Assembly: GCA_963806185.1 (NCBI GenBank)
Contig: CAWDXE010000007.1
Coordinates: 192,001 to 256,000, forward strand
Direction of reading: 5' to 3'
Length of the DNA: 64,000 nucleotides
Source: an uncultured candidate division Zixibacteria bacterium
Lineage (GTDB): Bacteria > Zixibacteria > MSB-5A5 > GN15 > FEB-12
In this document: one piece after another, positions 30,076 to 39,907 of the stretch
Layout of the letters: the number at the start of each line of letters is the position of its first letter
How positions within the stretch are numbered: the stretch's first letter is position 1
Program-made: the position numbers and the translations under genes
Notes under the pieces: generated by a model
The model's database searches: none
What the model was told of the DNA's origin: nothing
Seen by the model: the letters and a program-made list of their open reading frames with translations, nothing else

Positions 30076-31320
30076 ATGAAGCTCATCCTGCTGGCGATGC
30101 TTGATCAATTGTCCGGCGCGACCGGATACATATATCCCAACGAGTATGAATTGCACTGGGGTCTGCTCATTGTTGTCTATCCGTATCTCACCGGTCTGGT
30201 GGCTGGTGCCTTCATCCTGGCGTCACTCGAGAGGGTGTTCAACGTGAAAGTCCTCCAGCCGGTCTACCGGTTGTCTCTACTGACGGCGCTGGCATTCCTG
30301 TTTGTCGCCCCGATACCGCTGTTGAGTCACCTGGGCCATCCCGAACGAGCGCTCGAGATGTTCCTTACCCCACACACCGAGTCAGCCATGGCTATGTTCG
30401 GTTTTGTGTATGCCTGGTATCTCATGGTTGTGCTACTGCTGGAAATCTGGTTTGATTATCGCCGCGCGATCATCGAATGGGCCAACGAAAGCAAGGGGAT
30501 CAAGCGGCTGTTTTACAAGGTACTCAGCCTGGGGACGAACGATGTCACCGAGCGGGCACTGCAATTCGATGAAAAGGTCGGACGGACGATCACCTTGATC
30601 GGCATTCCCTCCGCTTTTCTTCTGCATGGATATGTCGGGTTCATTTTTGGGTCGGTGAAGGCCAATCCCTGGTGGAGCAGTGTACTGATGCCGATTGTTT
30701 TCTTGTTTTCGGCGATCGTCTCCGGAATCGCCATTGTGTTGATCATATATATGGTAAGCTCAATGCTTCGTTGGCGCCGAATTGAAATGAATTGCCTGAA
30801 CAAGCTGGGCGAACTGCTCTTGTATGCGATCCTCGTCGATTTCAGTCTTGAACTGCTGGATTTTGTGCACCGTCTGTATGAGTCGGAAGAGTCCATTCAC
30901 ATTCTTTCGGAAATGATATCGAGCCGACTATTCATTAGTCTGATTGTTTCACAAATCCTGTTGGGGACGGTCGGGCCGTTAATATTGTTGGCCTGGGCGA
31001 GATTCGGACGTTTGCCGGACGAAATGCGGCGGATTACCTACCTCATTGCGGCGCTGCTGGTGCAGGTGGGCATTTTCAGCACCCGGTGGAATGTCGTCAT
31101 CGGCGGACAACTCTTCTCCAAGAGTCTTCGAGGACTGACGGTCTACAAACTGGATCTCATGGGGCGCGAAGGGCTGTTTATGAGCATTGCGCTTCTTATC
31201 CTTCCGTTCATCATTCTGTTCATACTTACCAAGATACTACCGCCGTGGGATAAGAATGAGACGATTGTGCCAAGAGGCGGTCCGCTGACCGACACCAAAG
31301 CTGAAGCCGCAAGTGGTTGA
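30076..31320 (+). CDS. NrfD/PsrC-family quinone-interacting membrane subunit
   Basis: WGLLIVVYPYLTGLVAGAF, HLGHPER, LHGYVGFIF, RWNVVIGGQ; multiple TM helices. Confidence 0.9.
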   Translation: MKLILLAMLDQLSGATGYIYPNEYELHWGLLIVVYPYLTGLVAGAFILASLERVFNVKVLQPVYRLSLLTALAFLFVAPIPLLSHLGHPERALEMFLTPHTESAMAMFGFVYAWYLMVVLLLEIWFDYRRAIIEWANESKGIKRLFYKVLSLGTNDVTERALQFDEKVGRTITLIGIPSAFLLHGYVGFIFGSVKANPWWSSVLMPIVFLFSAIVSGIAIVLIIYMVSSMLRWRRIEMNCLNKLGELLLYAILVDFSLELLDFVHRLYESEESIHILSEMISSRLFISLIVSQILLGTVGPLILLAWARFGRLPDEMRRITYLIAALLVQVGIFSTRWNVVIGGQLFSKSLRGLTVYKLDLMGREGLFMSIALLILPFIILFILTKILPPWDKNETIVPRGGPLTDTKAEAASG

Positions 31321-31400
31321 TTAACTTCGCGGATGTTCTCTGCAACACTAAGTCGGTTGCCGAGGTTACGAACATTGCGTGAAAGAGACCAGTCATTGAA

Positions 31401-31428
31401 TCGTGGCGCACCGGGTGGTGCGCCACGA
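31401..31428. repeat. GC-rich palindrome, copy 2 (REP-like or terminator hairpin)
   Basis: tcgtggcgcacc-gggt-ggtgcgccacga, a perfect 12-bp stem. Confidence 0.5.
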
Positions 31429-31459
31429 ACAGATGGTATTGTTTCGATTTGTCTGTCAA

Positions 31460-33622
31460 CTATCTAAGCAGGATCATCTTCTTCGTCTGCGTGAACGTAC
31501 CGGCCTCCGCCCGATACAGGTAGACGCCCGAAGCATAGGCTGAGGCATTCCATTCAATACTGACCACCCCCGGCCCGCCATAGCCGTGGAACTCGTCCAC
31601 GACCTGGCCGGCGATGTTAATGATGGTGATGTGCCATTCGGACGCCACCGGCAATGCCAGGTTAATGGTCGTGGTGGGATTAAACGGGTTCGGGTAGTTC
31701 TGATCCAGCGCAAACTCCTTCGGCAATCCGCCGTCGGTATTCTCCTTTCGATCCGCATATATGATCGCACACGACGCCATCGCACAAGTGAAGGTGCTGG
31801 TCGCCACGCCGGAGTCGAAGGGCGCGCTGAACTCTTGAACCAGACCGGTAATGTTGGAGAAGTTTTGGCAACTATCGACGGAGAGACTTATCACCTGACC
31901 GCCCGACATGCAATTGATCGGCTCCAAACGGAATTTGGCCAGATTGGTGAAGTTGTCGCTGGCTGAAATGGCGACGTTTCCGGCCACGGCGTACCGCCTG
32001 CCACCCAGACTCGTGACGGAGATTCCAGTCAGGAGCGAAGCGGAACTGATCAGGTTTGCATTTGATGGGACGGTAACGATCATGCGTACACTGTCGATGA
32101 CGTTACTGTTCCTGATCCGCACGGTTTGCCAAATGCACCCGTTGCCAGAGACCGTGGTAGTGCCCGGCTGGGCCATTTCCACCAGGACAGAGTCGACCGT
32201 ACCCCGCTTGGGTGTGGCAATAAGATAGTCACAGAGCGCCGAGGGCGCTGTAGTCACGTATCCGTTCCACGTGGAGTCGAAGTGCGGTTTCAGATACCGT
32301 CCGGCCCATGTTGGAGAAAAACCGGCGGGGTCCCACTTCAGGATCAGCGCTACCCGATCGGTCAGGGGACTGGCCGGTATTGTGTCAACCGTGTTCTGAT
32401 AGATAGCCGTCTCGTCGCCCTGGAGAGGGGCCACGGCTTCCCAGCCCAGATTGGTGTCGAGGACAGTGTAGTCCGTAGCATCCAGATTGGCGGAATTGTC
32501 ATTGAATACAATGGTAACACCAGGATCGTATTGGCTCTGCTTCCCGACGGCAAGAGTATTCATGAGCTGAATGGTGTAGGTGACCGAACTCGTGTCTACT
32601 CTGCTGACCGTTGTCGACGAAGGCAGAGTCGCCTTGACTTCGGTCGAATCACGCATCGACAACGTGCCGCCACTGAAGACGGCCCCGATGCCGGCAAAAC
32701 AAAGATCAAAATGTTGACTTAGGCCGTAAGGGAAAGCGAGCTTGGCCGTATCCATGATGGACGAACTGCACTGGGGAGTTACCCAAATGCGGTAAAGGGT
32801 ATCACCCGTCGGTTCCGCTTTGGGTGTGAGAGTATATGTGGAAACGCCAATCGTATCGGTTCTGGTCGCGTCAACATCTTCGATAAACCAAACGCTGTTG
32901 AAGGAGATCGAATCGAAATGCAGCTTTGAGTGATTGTAACGAATGACGTGATCAAAACCTGCATATCGGTGATTCCCCTCGGCCAAAACAGGTATTGGGA
33001 TCGAGCGGCCGCGCGCGTTTGACACGGTCTGATAGGGAGTCCAGTACGCAAACCAGGAATCATCGACCGTCACGCCGCCTGCATAGCAGTGCCCGGAGAT
33101 CGGCGTGAAGAGATTTCCCGTGTGCTTGCTGACCAGATAGGTTCGTTCGCTTTGCATGACGGTCAGCGACATTGAGCTGAAATCGGGCAGGCACAGGGGA
33201 CTGAAATAGGCTGTCGCGAATTGGACGTAGCTGCTGGTCAGCGGCTTGCCGCCACTGGCAAAAGAGAGCGTGACCCGACCAACGGAAGCGGAGTCGATGA
33301 CGGTAAAACTACCATTCCAGTTTGACGTGGCTGCGGCACTAATGAAGTCGAGACTGCCCTGGTCATACTGAATGACGACAGTCATATTCAGAACCGAATC
33401 GGTGGTCCAGAAAGAACTGCTCGATTTCAGGTTGATCGGGATTTCTGCGCGAGTCAACGAGGTGTCGGTTCGCGTACCGTAGTTGAAAGAATAGTCACTT
33501 CCAAGTTGAAGATAGAGGCTGGTGTCGGAAATGATGATGTTAGGCGAGGCCATGATCAGCGGTGCCGTCAGGCACAGGGCGATCATGAGCGCGCTCAGGA
33601 GAATTATCCTTTTACCAAACAT
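31460..33622 (-). CDS. Secreted protein with tandem cohesin-like beta-sandwiches and FlgD/T9SS-A-like tail
   Basis: ATG 33622 after aaagga; signal peptide; AEIPINL..IQYDQGSLDFIS and SIPIPVL..IRYNHSKLHFDSISF segments; DQNYPNPFNPTT..ASGVYLYR..KKMILLR. Confidence 0.75.
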   Translation of the reverse strand: MFGKRIILLSALMIALCLTAPLIMASPNIIISDTSLYLQLGSDYSFNYGTRTDTSLTRAEIPINLKSSSSFWTTDSVLNMTVVIQYDQGSLDFISAAATSNWNGSFTVIDSASVGRVTLSFASGGKPLTSSYVQFATAYFSPLCLPDFSSMSLTVMQSERTYLVSKHTGNLFTPISGHCYAGGVTVDDSWFAYWTPYQTVSNARGRSIPIPVLAEGNHRYAGFDHVIRYNHSKLHFDSISFNSVWFIEDVDATRTDTIGVSTYTLTPKAEPTGDTLYRIWVTPQCSSSIMDTAKLAFPYGLSQHFDLCFAGIGAVFSGGTLSMRDSTEVKATLPSSTTVSRVDTSSVTYTIQLMNTLAVGKQSQYDPGVTIVFNDNSANLDATDYTVLDTNLGWEAVAPLQGDETAIYQNTVDTIPASPLTDRVALILKWDPAGFSPTWAGRYLKPHFDSTWNGYVTTAPSALCDYLIATPKRGTVDSVLVEMAQPGTTTVSGNGCIWQTVRIRNSNVIDSVRMIVTVPSNANLISSASLLTGISVTSLGGRRYAVAGNVAISASDNFTNLAKFRLEPINCMSGGQVISLSVDSCQNFSNITGLVQEFSAPFDSGVATSTFTCAMASCAIIYADRKENTDGGLPKEFALDQNYPNPFNPTTTINLALPVASEWHITIINIAGQVVDEFHGYGGPGVVSIEWNASAYASGVYLYRAEAGTFTQTKKMILLR

Positions 33623-34442
33623 GGTGAATCCTTTCTTGGGATATGACGATGCAATTTTCAGGTTCTCGTGGCCCTTTGCGTGTGTGCGGCCGTTCTCACC
33701 TCCTTTGGTCAGACAAGGCAAACGGGAAGACAGAGGCCCTGCTCTGCGCCGAAGTGTTAGTATGTGGCGACAACCTATTGCTCGATCCGCAGCTCGCGCA
33801 CGGTCTGCCAATGATTCGTTGGAACGGAGGATCCGAAGGCGCCTGGTCGCCAGTTGCCTAATGCCGATCTTCTCCGGAAAGAAGGATGCAATACGTCACT
33901 GTCAGAATCTGACAGTGCGAGTCAAAAAAAGTGACACCCCGGCCAACATTTCTCGGAGCATCCAGACAAGGCGCTCGCCGACGGCATTGTCCGCTCGAAT
34001 GAATGAGGACCAGCCGGCGGCACGTGTTCAGAGAGGCGCGGAAGAATCGATGCCAAAAGGAGATAGCTGAATGAGCGCGGGGGCGAAATGTACTCGGGAT
34101 CACTTTGGATATGGATGCGTCATCGTTGTGCCGCACGATCTGTCAGGATGCCGCTGTCTTCTGCGAGAGTGGAAAGTTCAACTTCCGACCGGTGAGAATC
34201 TGCTTGTCCTTGTTCGCCAATCAGTTGTCTGGATGCACCGGCATCGGTAGATTTTTCGCATGTGCTGTTGAGGCCACGATTGTCGACGGACACATGCGTC
34301 TCCATTTTTCCCGCTTGCCCTCCGCACTGACTATTTCTATCTTAGTACTCTATGATTGCGGACGTCACACTCCATCTATGCTATTATTGCATTGAACCAC
34401 AACATATTAGACTTGCCCGCACAACCTGTATCGAGGTGAATT

Positions 34443-35492
34443 ATGGCAGGAATCGTCGGTTACGGCGCCCATCTCCCGCGACATCGCATTAGAGTCGAAG
34501 AGATTGCGAAAGTCTGGGGCATGGATGCCAACAGCTACAAAAAGGGACTGATGCTACGGGAAAAATCCGTGCCACCTTCTGACATGGACACGATCACCCT
34601 GTCGGTCGAGGCGGCGCGCAATGCACTCCGGCGGGCGATGATCGTGAAGCCGGCGGATATCGGAGCGATTTACATCGGTTCGGAATCTCATCCGTACGCG
34701 GTGAAGCCATCCGGAACGACTGTCGCCGAGGCAATCGGCGCGACGCCCGATATCCATTGCGCCGATTTTGAGTTCGCCTGTAAGGCAGGCTCGGAAGCGA
34801 TGTTTGTCGCCCTGTCGCATGTCCAGTCAGGATTCATGAAATATGCTCTGGCAATTGCGGCCGATACCTCGCAGGGTGCGCCGGCCGACGCGCTGGAGTT
34901 TTCCGCGGCGGCCGGAGCGGGAGCCTTCATCATGGGGATGGATCACCTGGTGGCGGAGTGTCTTTTCACCCACTCGTATATGACCGACATGCCCGATTTC
35001 TGGCGACGCGAGCACCAGTTTTATCCTCAGCACGGTGGACGGTTCACCGGTGAAGAAGCCTATTTTGCACACACCAAGGGTGCTTCGAATGCGATTTTGA
35101 AAAAGGCGAATATGAAGCCGAAAGACTTTGCCTACGCTGTCTTCCATCAGCCGAACGGCAAATTCCCGCAGCGGGTTGCGCTGGAGCTGGGCTTCACGCA
35201 GGAACAGATCAATCCGGGATGGCTGTCACCGACTCTCGGCAACACCTATTCGGGTGCGTCGCCAATTGGATTGACGGCGACGCTCGATGTCGCCAAACCG
35301 GGTGATATGATTTTCATGTGCTCCTACGGTTCCGGAGCGGGGTCGGATGCTTTTGTCTGGAAAGTGACCGATCGAATCAACGAGGTACGCGACAAGGCGG
35401 TTCGCACCAGGAAGCTGCTCGAGGAGAATCTGACCTATGTCGATTACGGCACGTACGCCAAGTACCGTCACAAAATCCGGAAGAACGAGTAG
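34443..35492 (+). CDS. Hydroxymethylglutaryl-CoA synthase, archaeal type
   Basis: [20 protein letters not shown] (catalytic Cys), [29 protein letters not shown]. Confidence 0.92.
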   Translation: MAGIVGYGAHLPRHRIRVEEIAKVWGMDANSYKKGLMLREKSVPPSDMDTITLSVEAARNALRRAMIVKPADIGAIYIGSESHPYAVKPSGTTVAEAIGATPDIHCADFEFACKAGSEAMFVALSHVQSGFMKYALAIAADTSQGAPADALEFSAAAGAGAFIMGMDHLVAECLFTHSYMTDMPDFWRREHQFYPQHGGRFTGEEAYFAHTKGASNAILKKANMKPKDFAYAVFHQPNGKFPQRVALELGFTQEQINPGWLSPTLGNTYSGASPIGLTATLDVAKPGDMIFMCSYGSGAGSDAFVWKVTDRINEVRDKAVRTRKLLEENLTYVDYGTYAKYRHKIRKNE

Positions 35493-35506
35493 GAGGTGAT
35501 GAGCAT

Positions 35507-36669
35507 ATGAGAGAAGTTTGTGTCGTTGGCGTCGGCCTGAGTGAATGGGGTGAGGTCTGGCGGTCGTCGATTCGCGATTTATGGGTCGATGCCGCCATGG
35601 CGGCGATCAAGAATGCCGGTGTGGATCATATCGACTCGATGTATGTCGGATGCATGTCCGGCGGATTGTTTACCGGACAGGAACATCTGGGTCCGCTGAT
35701 GGCGGATTATCTCGGCATGCGGGGTATTCCGGCGACGCGAGTCGAATCGGCGTGTGCGTCGGGGGGAATGTCTTTCCGGCAGGCGTACATCGAAGTTGGT
35801 TCGGGGTTGTCGGAGATCGTACTCGCGACCGGTGTCGAGAAGATGACTGACATCTCCGGTGACGACGCGACCTACGCGCTCGCGACGGCCGCGGATCAGG
35901 AATACGAAGTATTTCACGGCGCGACATTCCCCGGCCTCTACGCCATGATGGCCCATGCCCATATGGCGAAGTACGGAACGACGCGCGAGATGCTTTCGGC
36001 CGTCGCGGTGAAGAATCATCGCAACGGTGCAAAGAATCCGGTGGCGCAGTATCCGTTCGAAGTGACCGCCGACACAGGTCGGAAGCTCAGTGATGATTGC
36101 CGATCCGCTGCGGGTGCTGGACTGCTCGCCGATTACCGACGGTGCGGCCGCGGTAGTAGTGTGTTCGGTCGACGTGGCCAAGAAATTGAAGAAGCCGTAC
36201 ATCAAAGTGACCGGCTCGGCCATCGGTACCGATTCGATGGCGCTCTGTCAGCGCGATGATATGACGACCATCAAGGCAGCCACGATCGCCTCGAAAAAAG
36301 CGCTCCAGATGGCCGGGCAAGAAGATCGAAGAAATCAATTTCGCCGAATTGCACGACTGTTTCACGATCGCCGAGATCATGCTGGCGGAATCGCTCGGCA
36401 TTTTCCAGCCGGGTAAAGCCGGACAGGCGGCGCTTGACGGGATTACGTCACTCGAAGGGAAATTCCCGCTCAATCCATCGGGCGGTCTCAAATCCAAGGG
36501 ACATCCGGTCGGCGCGACCGGGGTGGCGCAGATCGTCGAGGTATACAAGCAGCTCACCGGCATGGCCGAGAATGGTCGCCAGATTCCGAAGGCGCCGAAG
36601 ATCGGCATGGCCCAAAACATGGGCGGCTCGGGCGCATCATCGGTCGTTCATATCCTGGAGGTGGCGTGA
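35507..36669 (+). CDS. Archaeal/SCP2-type acetoacetyl-CoA thiolase (two +1 indels near 36074 and 36316)
   Basis: [60 protein letters not shown] across three frames. Confidence 0.88.
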
Positions 36670-37070
36670 TGACTATGTTCAGCGCGCGCAATTGGCGCGA
36701 ATATCCGCAGCGCTACCGTCTGGAGGCGGTGCGCTTCAAGAAGAGCGGCAAGACCTATTATCCGCCGCGCAAGGTCGATCCGGAGACGGGTGACACCGAA
36801 TTCGAGAAAGTGATTCTTCCGGATACCGGCAAGGTGCTGACTTATACGGTCATTCGCACGGCCCCGCCGATGTGGAAGGACCTGGCGCCGTATGCGCTGG
36901 CGATTGTCGAGCTGACCGACGGCACGCGCATAATGGTGCAGATGACCGACTGCGACGTGGACAAAGTGCACATCGGTATGGAGGTCCGGCTGGAGTTCCG
37001 CAAGATTCAGAACGAAGGTGATGCCGGTGTGCTCAGCTACGGGCACAAGGCCGTGCCGAAGTGGTATTGA
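36669..37070 (+). CDS. DUF35 family (Zn-ribbon/OB-fold) scaffold subunit, Cys-less ribbon
   Basis: WREYPQRYRLEA, YYPPR, GKVLTYTVI, PYALAIVEL, IGMEVRLEFRK, YGHKA. Confidence 0.88.
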   Translation: MTMFSARNWREYPQRYRLEAVRFKKSGKTYYPPRKVDPETGDTEFEKVILPDTGKVLTYTVIRTAPPMWKDLAPYALAIVELTDGTRIMVQMTDCDVDKVHIGMEVRLEFRKIQNEGDAGVLSYGHKAVPKWY

Positions 37071-37533
37071 GGGGGCAATCTGCCGCGAGAAAGCGGCAGA
37101 TCCGATCTGACCTGTCGCCATCATCTTAGATGGGGGACCTCCCCGATTGGAATTCTATCGCGGGGGTCCTTCGAACTCTATATCTAAGCTATAACAGCAG
37201 TTGTAACGGTAGGAGCAGCCAATTCTCCGCTTTGTCTAAAGCAATTCAACCATCGTGAAAGCGGATGATTGTTGTGGCGACTTCTTTACGGTCAACTTGG
37301 TTCGCAAATACTGCTTGACATGAATGGCATGTAGTTCGTCATTGTAAACGGGGGCTAATTTCGCGATATACCGTTTTCAAGGATTTCTGGGATGCGTGAC
37401 GGCAGGGCAAAGGCGCATTTTGAATCGTCCATTCGGAGTAAGATTCGCGTGGGGGATACCGTATTCAGGAAGAAGATTTACACTCTTCCTGCCCTCAAAG
37501 GGAACGTATTAGCAATGAAAGGAGGTGAGTACA

Positions 37534-37887
37534 TTGAAAAGATCGAAAACATTTGAATTGTCAGTTATTGCGGTCTCGTTACTTGTGATTTTCATCGGTT
37601 GCGAAGAATCGACGGATGATAATTGGGTAACAGTGCGCGGTATCGTCACAGATGCGACAACCGGCGTGCCACTGGATTCCGCTTTGATCCACTTGCGGGA
37701 CACACTTACTGATCCAGCGGGTGAATCCGATTCGCTTGGCAACTATTCGGCGACTGATCTCGGCTCCGCTCCGGTCGAAGTGTACTGTGTGCGCACGGGC
37801 TATGTCACGCAAATGCGATTGGTGCAAAAGCAGAAATTCCAAAACTCGTATAGGGGAATCAATTTCAAGATGGTGCAACAACAATGA
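37534..37887 (+). CDS. Lipoprotein with carboxypeptidase-regulatory-like domain
   Basis: AAGGAGGTGA SD then TTG start; lipobox FIGC; VRGIVTDATTGVPL..SDSLGNY..RTGY. Confidence 0.75.
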   Translation: MKRSKTFELSVIAVSLLVIFIGCEESTDDNWVTVRGIVTDATTGVPLDSALIHLRDTLTDPAGESDSLGNYSATDLGSAPVEVYCVRTGYVTQMRLVQKQKFQNSYRGINFKMVQQQ

Positions 37888-37897
37888 GGGAGAGGGT

Positions 37898-39907
37898 ATG
37901 AAATCTTGTACGTTTTGGCTATTCTTGATAGTCATTTTGGTTGGGGGGGGGGCTTACTGCATTCCGCTCAGCAACTGCTACATCGCAGGCGATAGCTCCG
38001 AAGTCAATTATTCGAATATCGAATCGCTTGGTGGCCGCGTAATCCACTACTTCCCACCCAACGAATACCTCTGTCATTTCCAGCCAAGTTTGCTGCAAAA
38101 GGCTGTTTCGGTAATGACCGCCTCCGGAGTCAAAGTATTATCTCTGACTGACGACAATTCATCGCTATCGACGTATTCTGTTGAAAATGGTGGATACGGA
38201 TTGATGTGTTTTATGGCTGGACGGGGTTTCTCGACCGAGGAATTGTCTCCAAGCCGGATCGCACCGGACCCCGGAGACACGATGCCATTCCAGTGCAGTT
38301 TTCATCACGAGGAGGGAGGCAGTTCAGCGGCCGCGTCATCATCAATTATGCGGCCTTCACTTGCAAACATGAATACGAGTGAATATCTAATTGGGCGTAT
38401 AGCTGTCTGCGTCATGCTGATGGAAAGCACAGGGCCCATGGAAAATTGGACTACCTCCAAGGAAAACACTTCCATTCTGAATGCGTTCGAAGCGTGTGAC
38501 GAGCTCAGTGCCCAAGCCCTAGCGTACAACGTTCCGTTAACCTGGGTGTACGAAATACACACTCAGGTATCGACGCCGGAAGAGCCGATCATGACTTATT
38601 ATCCATATTGGGGCGGCCTTCCACCTCAATGGATCTTCGGTTGGATCGATGACGCGTGGGAAGCACTGGGAGTCGGCGAAGAGTGGGATGGATCGTATGC
38701 CAATGCGAACAGAATGCGCAGGCAATACGGCGCAGATTATGGCCTGACGCTTTTCATTGTAATGAATCAGACGGTGCCGACATTTCCAACTGGTGCCAAC
38801 GGTTATTCACAATCGTGGTCGGAATCATTAGGGGAACGTTGGCAGGCACCGTTTGCGGTCGCTACTCATTATCGAGGTGAAGGCACGGCGACCTACAGCG
38901 ACAGAGTATTCGCACACGAAATGCTACATGTCTTCGGGGCATCGGACGAGTATTCTGATGCGCCTGGTTGCTCCAGTGAAGACAATTGTAGCGACGAATA
39001 CGGTTTCCTGCATCATGATAATTTGAATTGCGCACACTGTGGATCCCAGGACGATTGCATCATGTTAAGCGTAGGCTACGGGTATCGTTTTTGTGCGCAC
39101 TCCCGATACCACATAGGATGGGTCGATTCCGACGGGGATGGAGCCCCGACGCCAATTGATCCAAATGCCGAGTCGTGGTTTACGATCGGACCCGTCATCA
39201 CGGGTGACTTGGCGAAAATTTACACCGTAAGCGGATCGGCGGTTCGGACAATTAGCGTAACAGACGACAAGCGTGGCGTCTACCCAGGCGGTGGCGGTAT
39301 TCTGTTTGATTGTCAGAATTATGGAGGCGGGGAAATCGCTCCCGGAATCTATTACTGGACCGTTAACGACGGCCCACCGCATACCACCACGCTCTTTCAA
39401 GCAGAATCACCATCATTGACGGTGAATTCAATTGCATACTCTAACGATACCCTGAGATGGGAAATGCCAAACTCCTTCGCGTATCTGACTCTCGAGATTC
39501 TGGCCGTCGATCGTTGGCACAATGATGACACGTTTCTACTGGCGAAACCGCAGTGGAATAAATTTCACTTCAGTTCCGTTGATATGCCACACAAGAAACA
39601 GGCAATGACGGGCATAGAATGCAACCCGTGCCGTGCACGGTTCATGTTATGGTTGCCCATGGGTAACGTGGGTCCAACTGTGGAATATTCGTTCGACACA
39701 TACCAGTGCGGTGATTTCGATGGCGTACCGGGTGTGGACATTGGCGATGTGGATTGGCTAATCGCGTTTCTCTTTTCCGATGGCCTACCACCGAGTCCTA
39801 TGGTAGCAGCCGATGTCGATTGTACGAATAACGTCGATATGGGAGATCTCACTGCGCTCATAGACAATCTTTTTATATCTTTTTCGCCTCTGATGTGTTG
39901 TTGGTAG
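37898..39907 (+). CDS. Secreted zinc metallopeptidase with C-terminal dockerin-like domain
   Basis: AHEMLHVFGASDEY (HExxHxxGxxD) and CIM Met-turn; tail CGDFDGVPGVDIGDV..ADVDCTNNVDMGDLTALIDNLF. Confidence 0.8.
   Translation: MKSCTFWLFLIVILVGGGAYCIPLSNCYIAGDSSEVNYSNIESLGGRVIHYFPPNEYLCHFQPSLLQKAVSVMTASGVKVLSLTDDNSSLSTYSVENGGYGLMCFMAGRGFSTEELSPSRIAPDPGDTMPFQCSFHHEEGGSSAAASSSIMRPSLANMNTSEYLIGRIAVCVMLMESTGPMENWTTSKENTSILNAFEACDELSAQALAYNVPLTWVYEIHTQVSTPEEPIMTYYPYWGGLPPQWIFGWIDDAWEALGVGEEWDGSYANANRMRRQYGADYGLTLFIVMNQTVPTFPTGANGYSQSWSESLGERWQAPFAVATHYRGEGTATYSDRVFAHEMLHVFGASDEYSDAPGCSSEDNCSDEYGFLHHDNLNCAHCGSQDDCIMLSVGYGYRFCAHSRYHIGWVDSDGDGAPTPIDPNAESWFTIGPVITGDLAKIYTVSGSAVRTISVTDDKRGVYPGGGGILFDCQNYGGGEIAPGIYYWTVNDGPPHTTTLFQAESPSLTVNSIAYSNDTLRWEMPNSFAYLTLEILAVDRWHNDDTFLLAKPQWNKFHFSSVDMPHKKQAMTGIECNPCRARFMLWLPMGNVGPTVEYSFDTYQCGDFDGVPGVDIGDVDWLIAFLFSDGLPPSPMVAADVDCTNNVDMGDLTALIDNLFISFSPLMCCW

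Noticed and set aside
33650..33760. c-di-GMP-I riboswitch upstream of the 31460-33622 gene (ACGCAAAG present) and an orphan AAAGGAGGTGA
   Set aside because: It lacks the GGCAAAC..GAAA tetraloop arrangement on the sense strand, and no suitably spaced start codon follows the SD-like sequence.
33858..34395. Short ORFs between the cohesin-like gene and HMGCS
   Set aside because: No SD, motifs or coding-like composition; probably a divergent promoter region.
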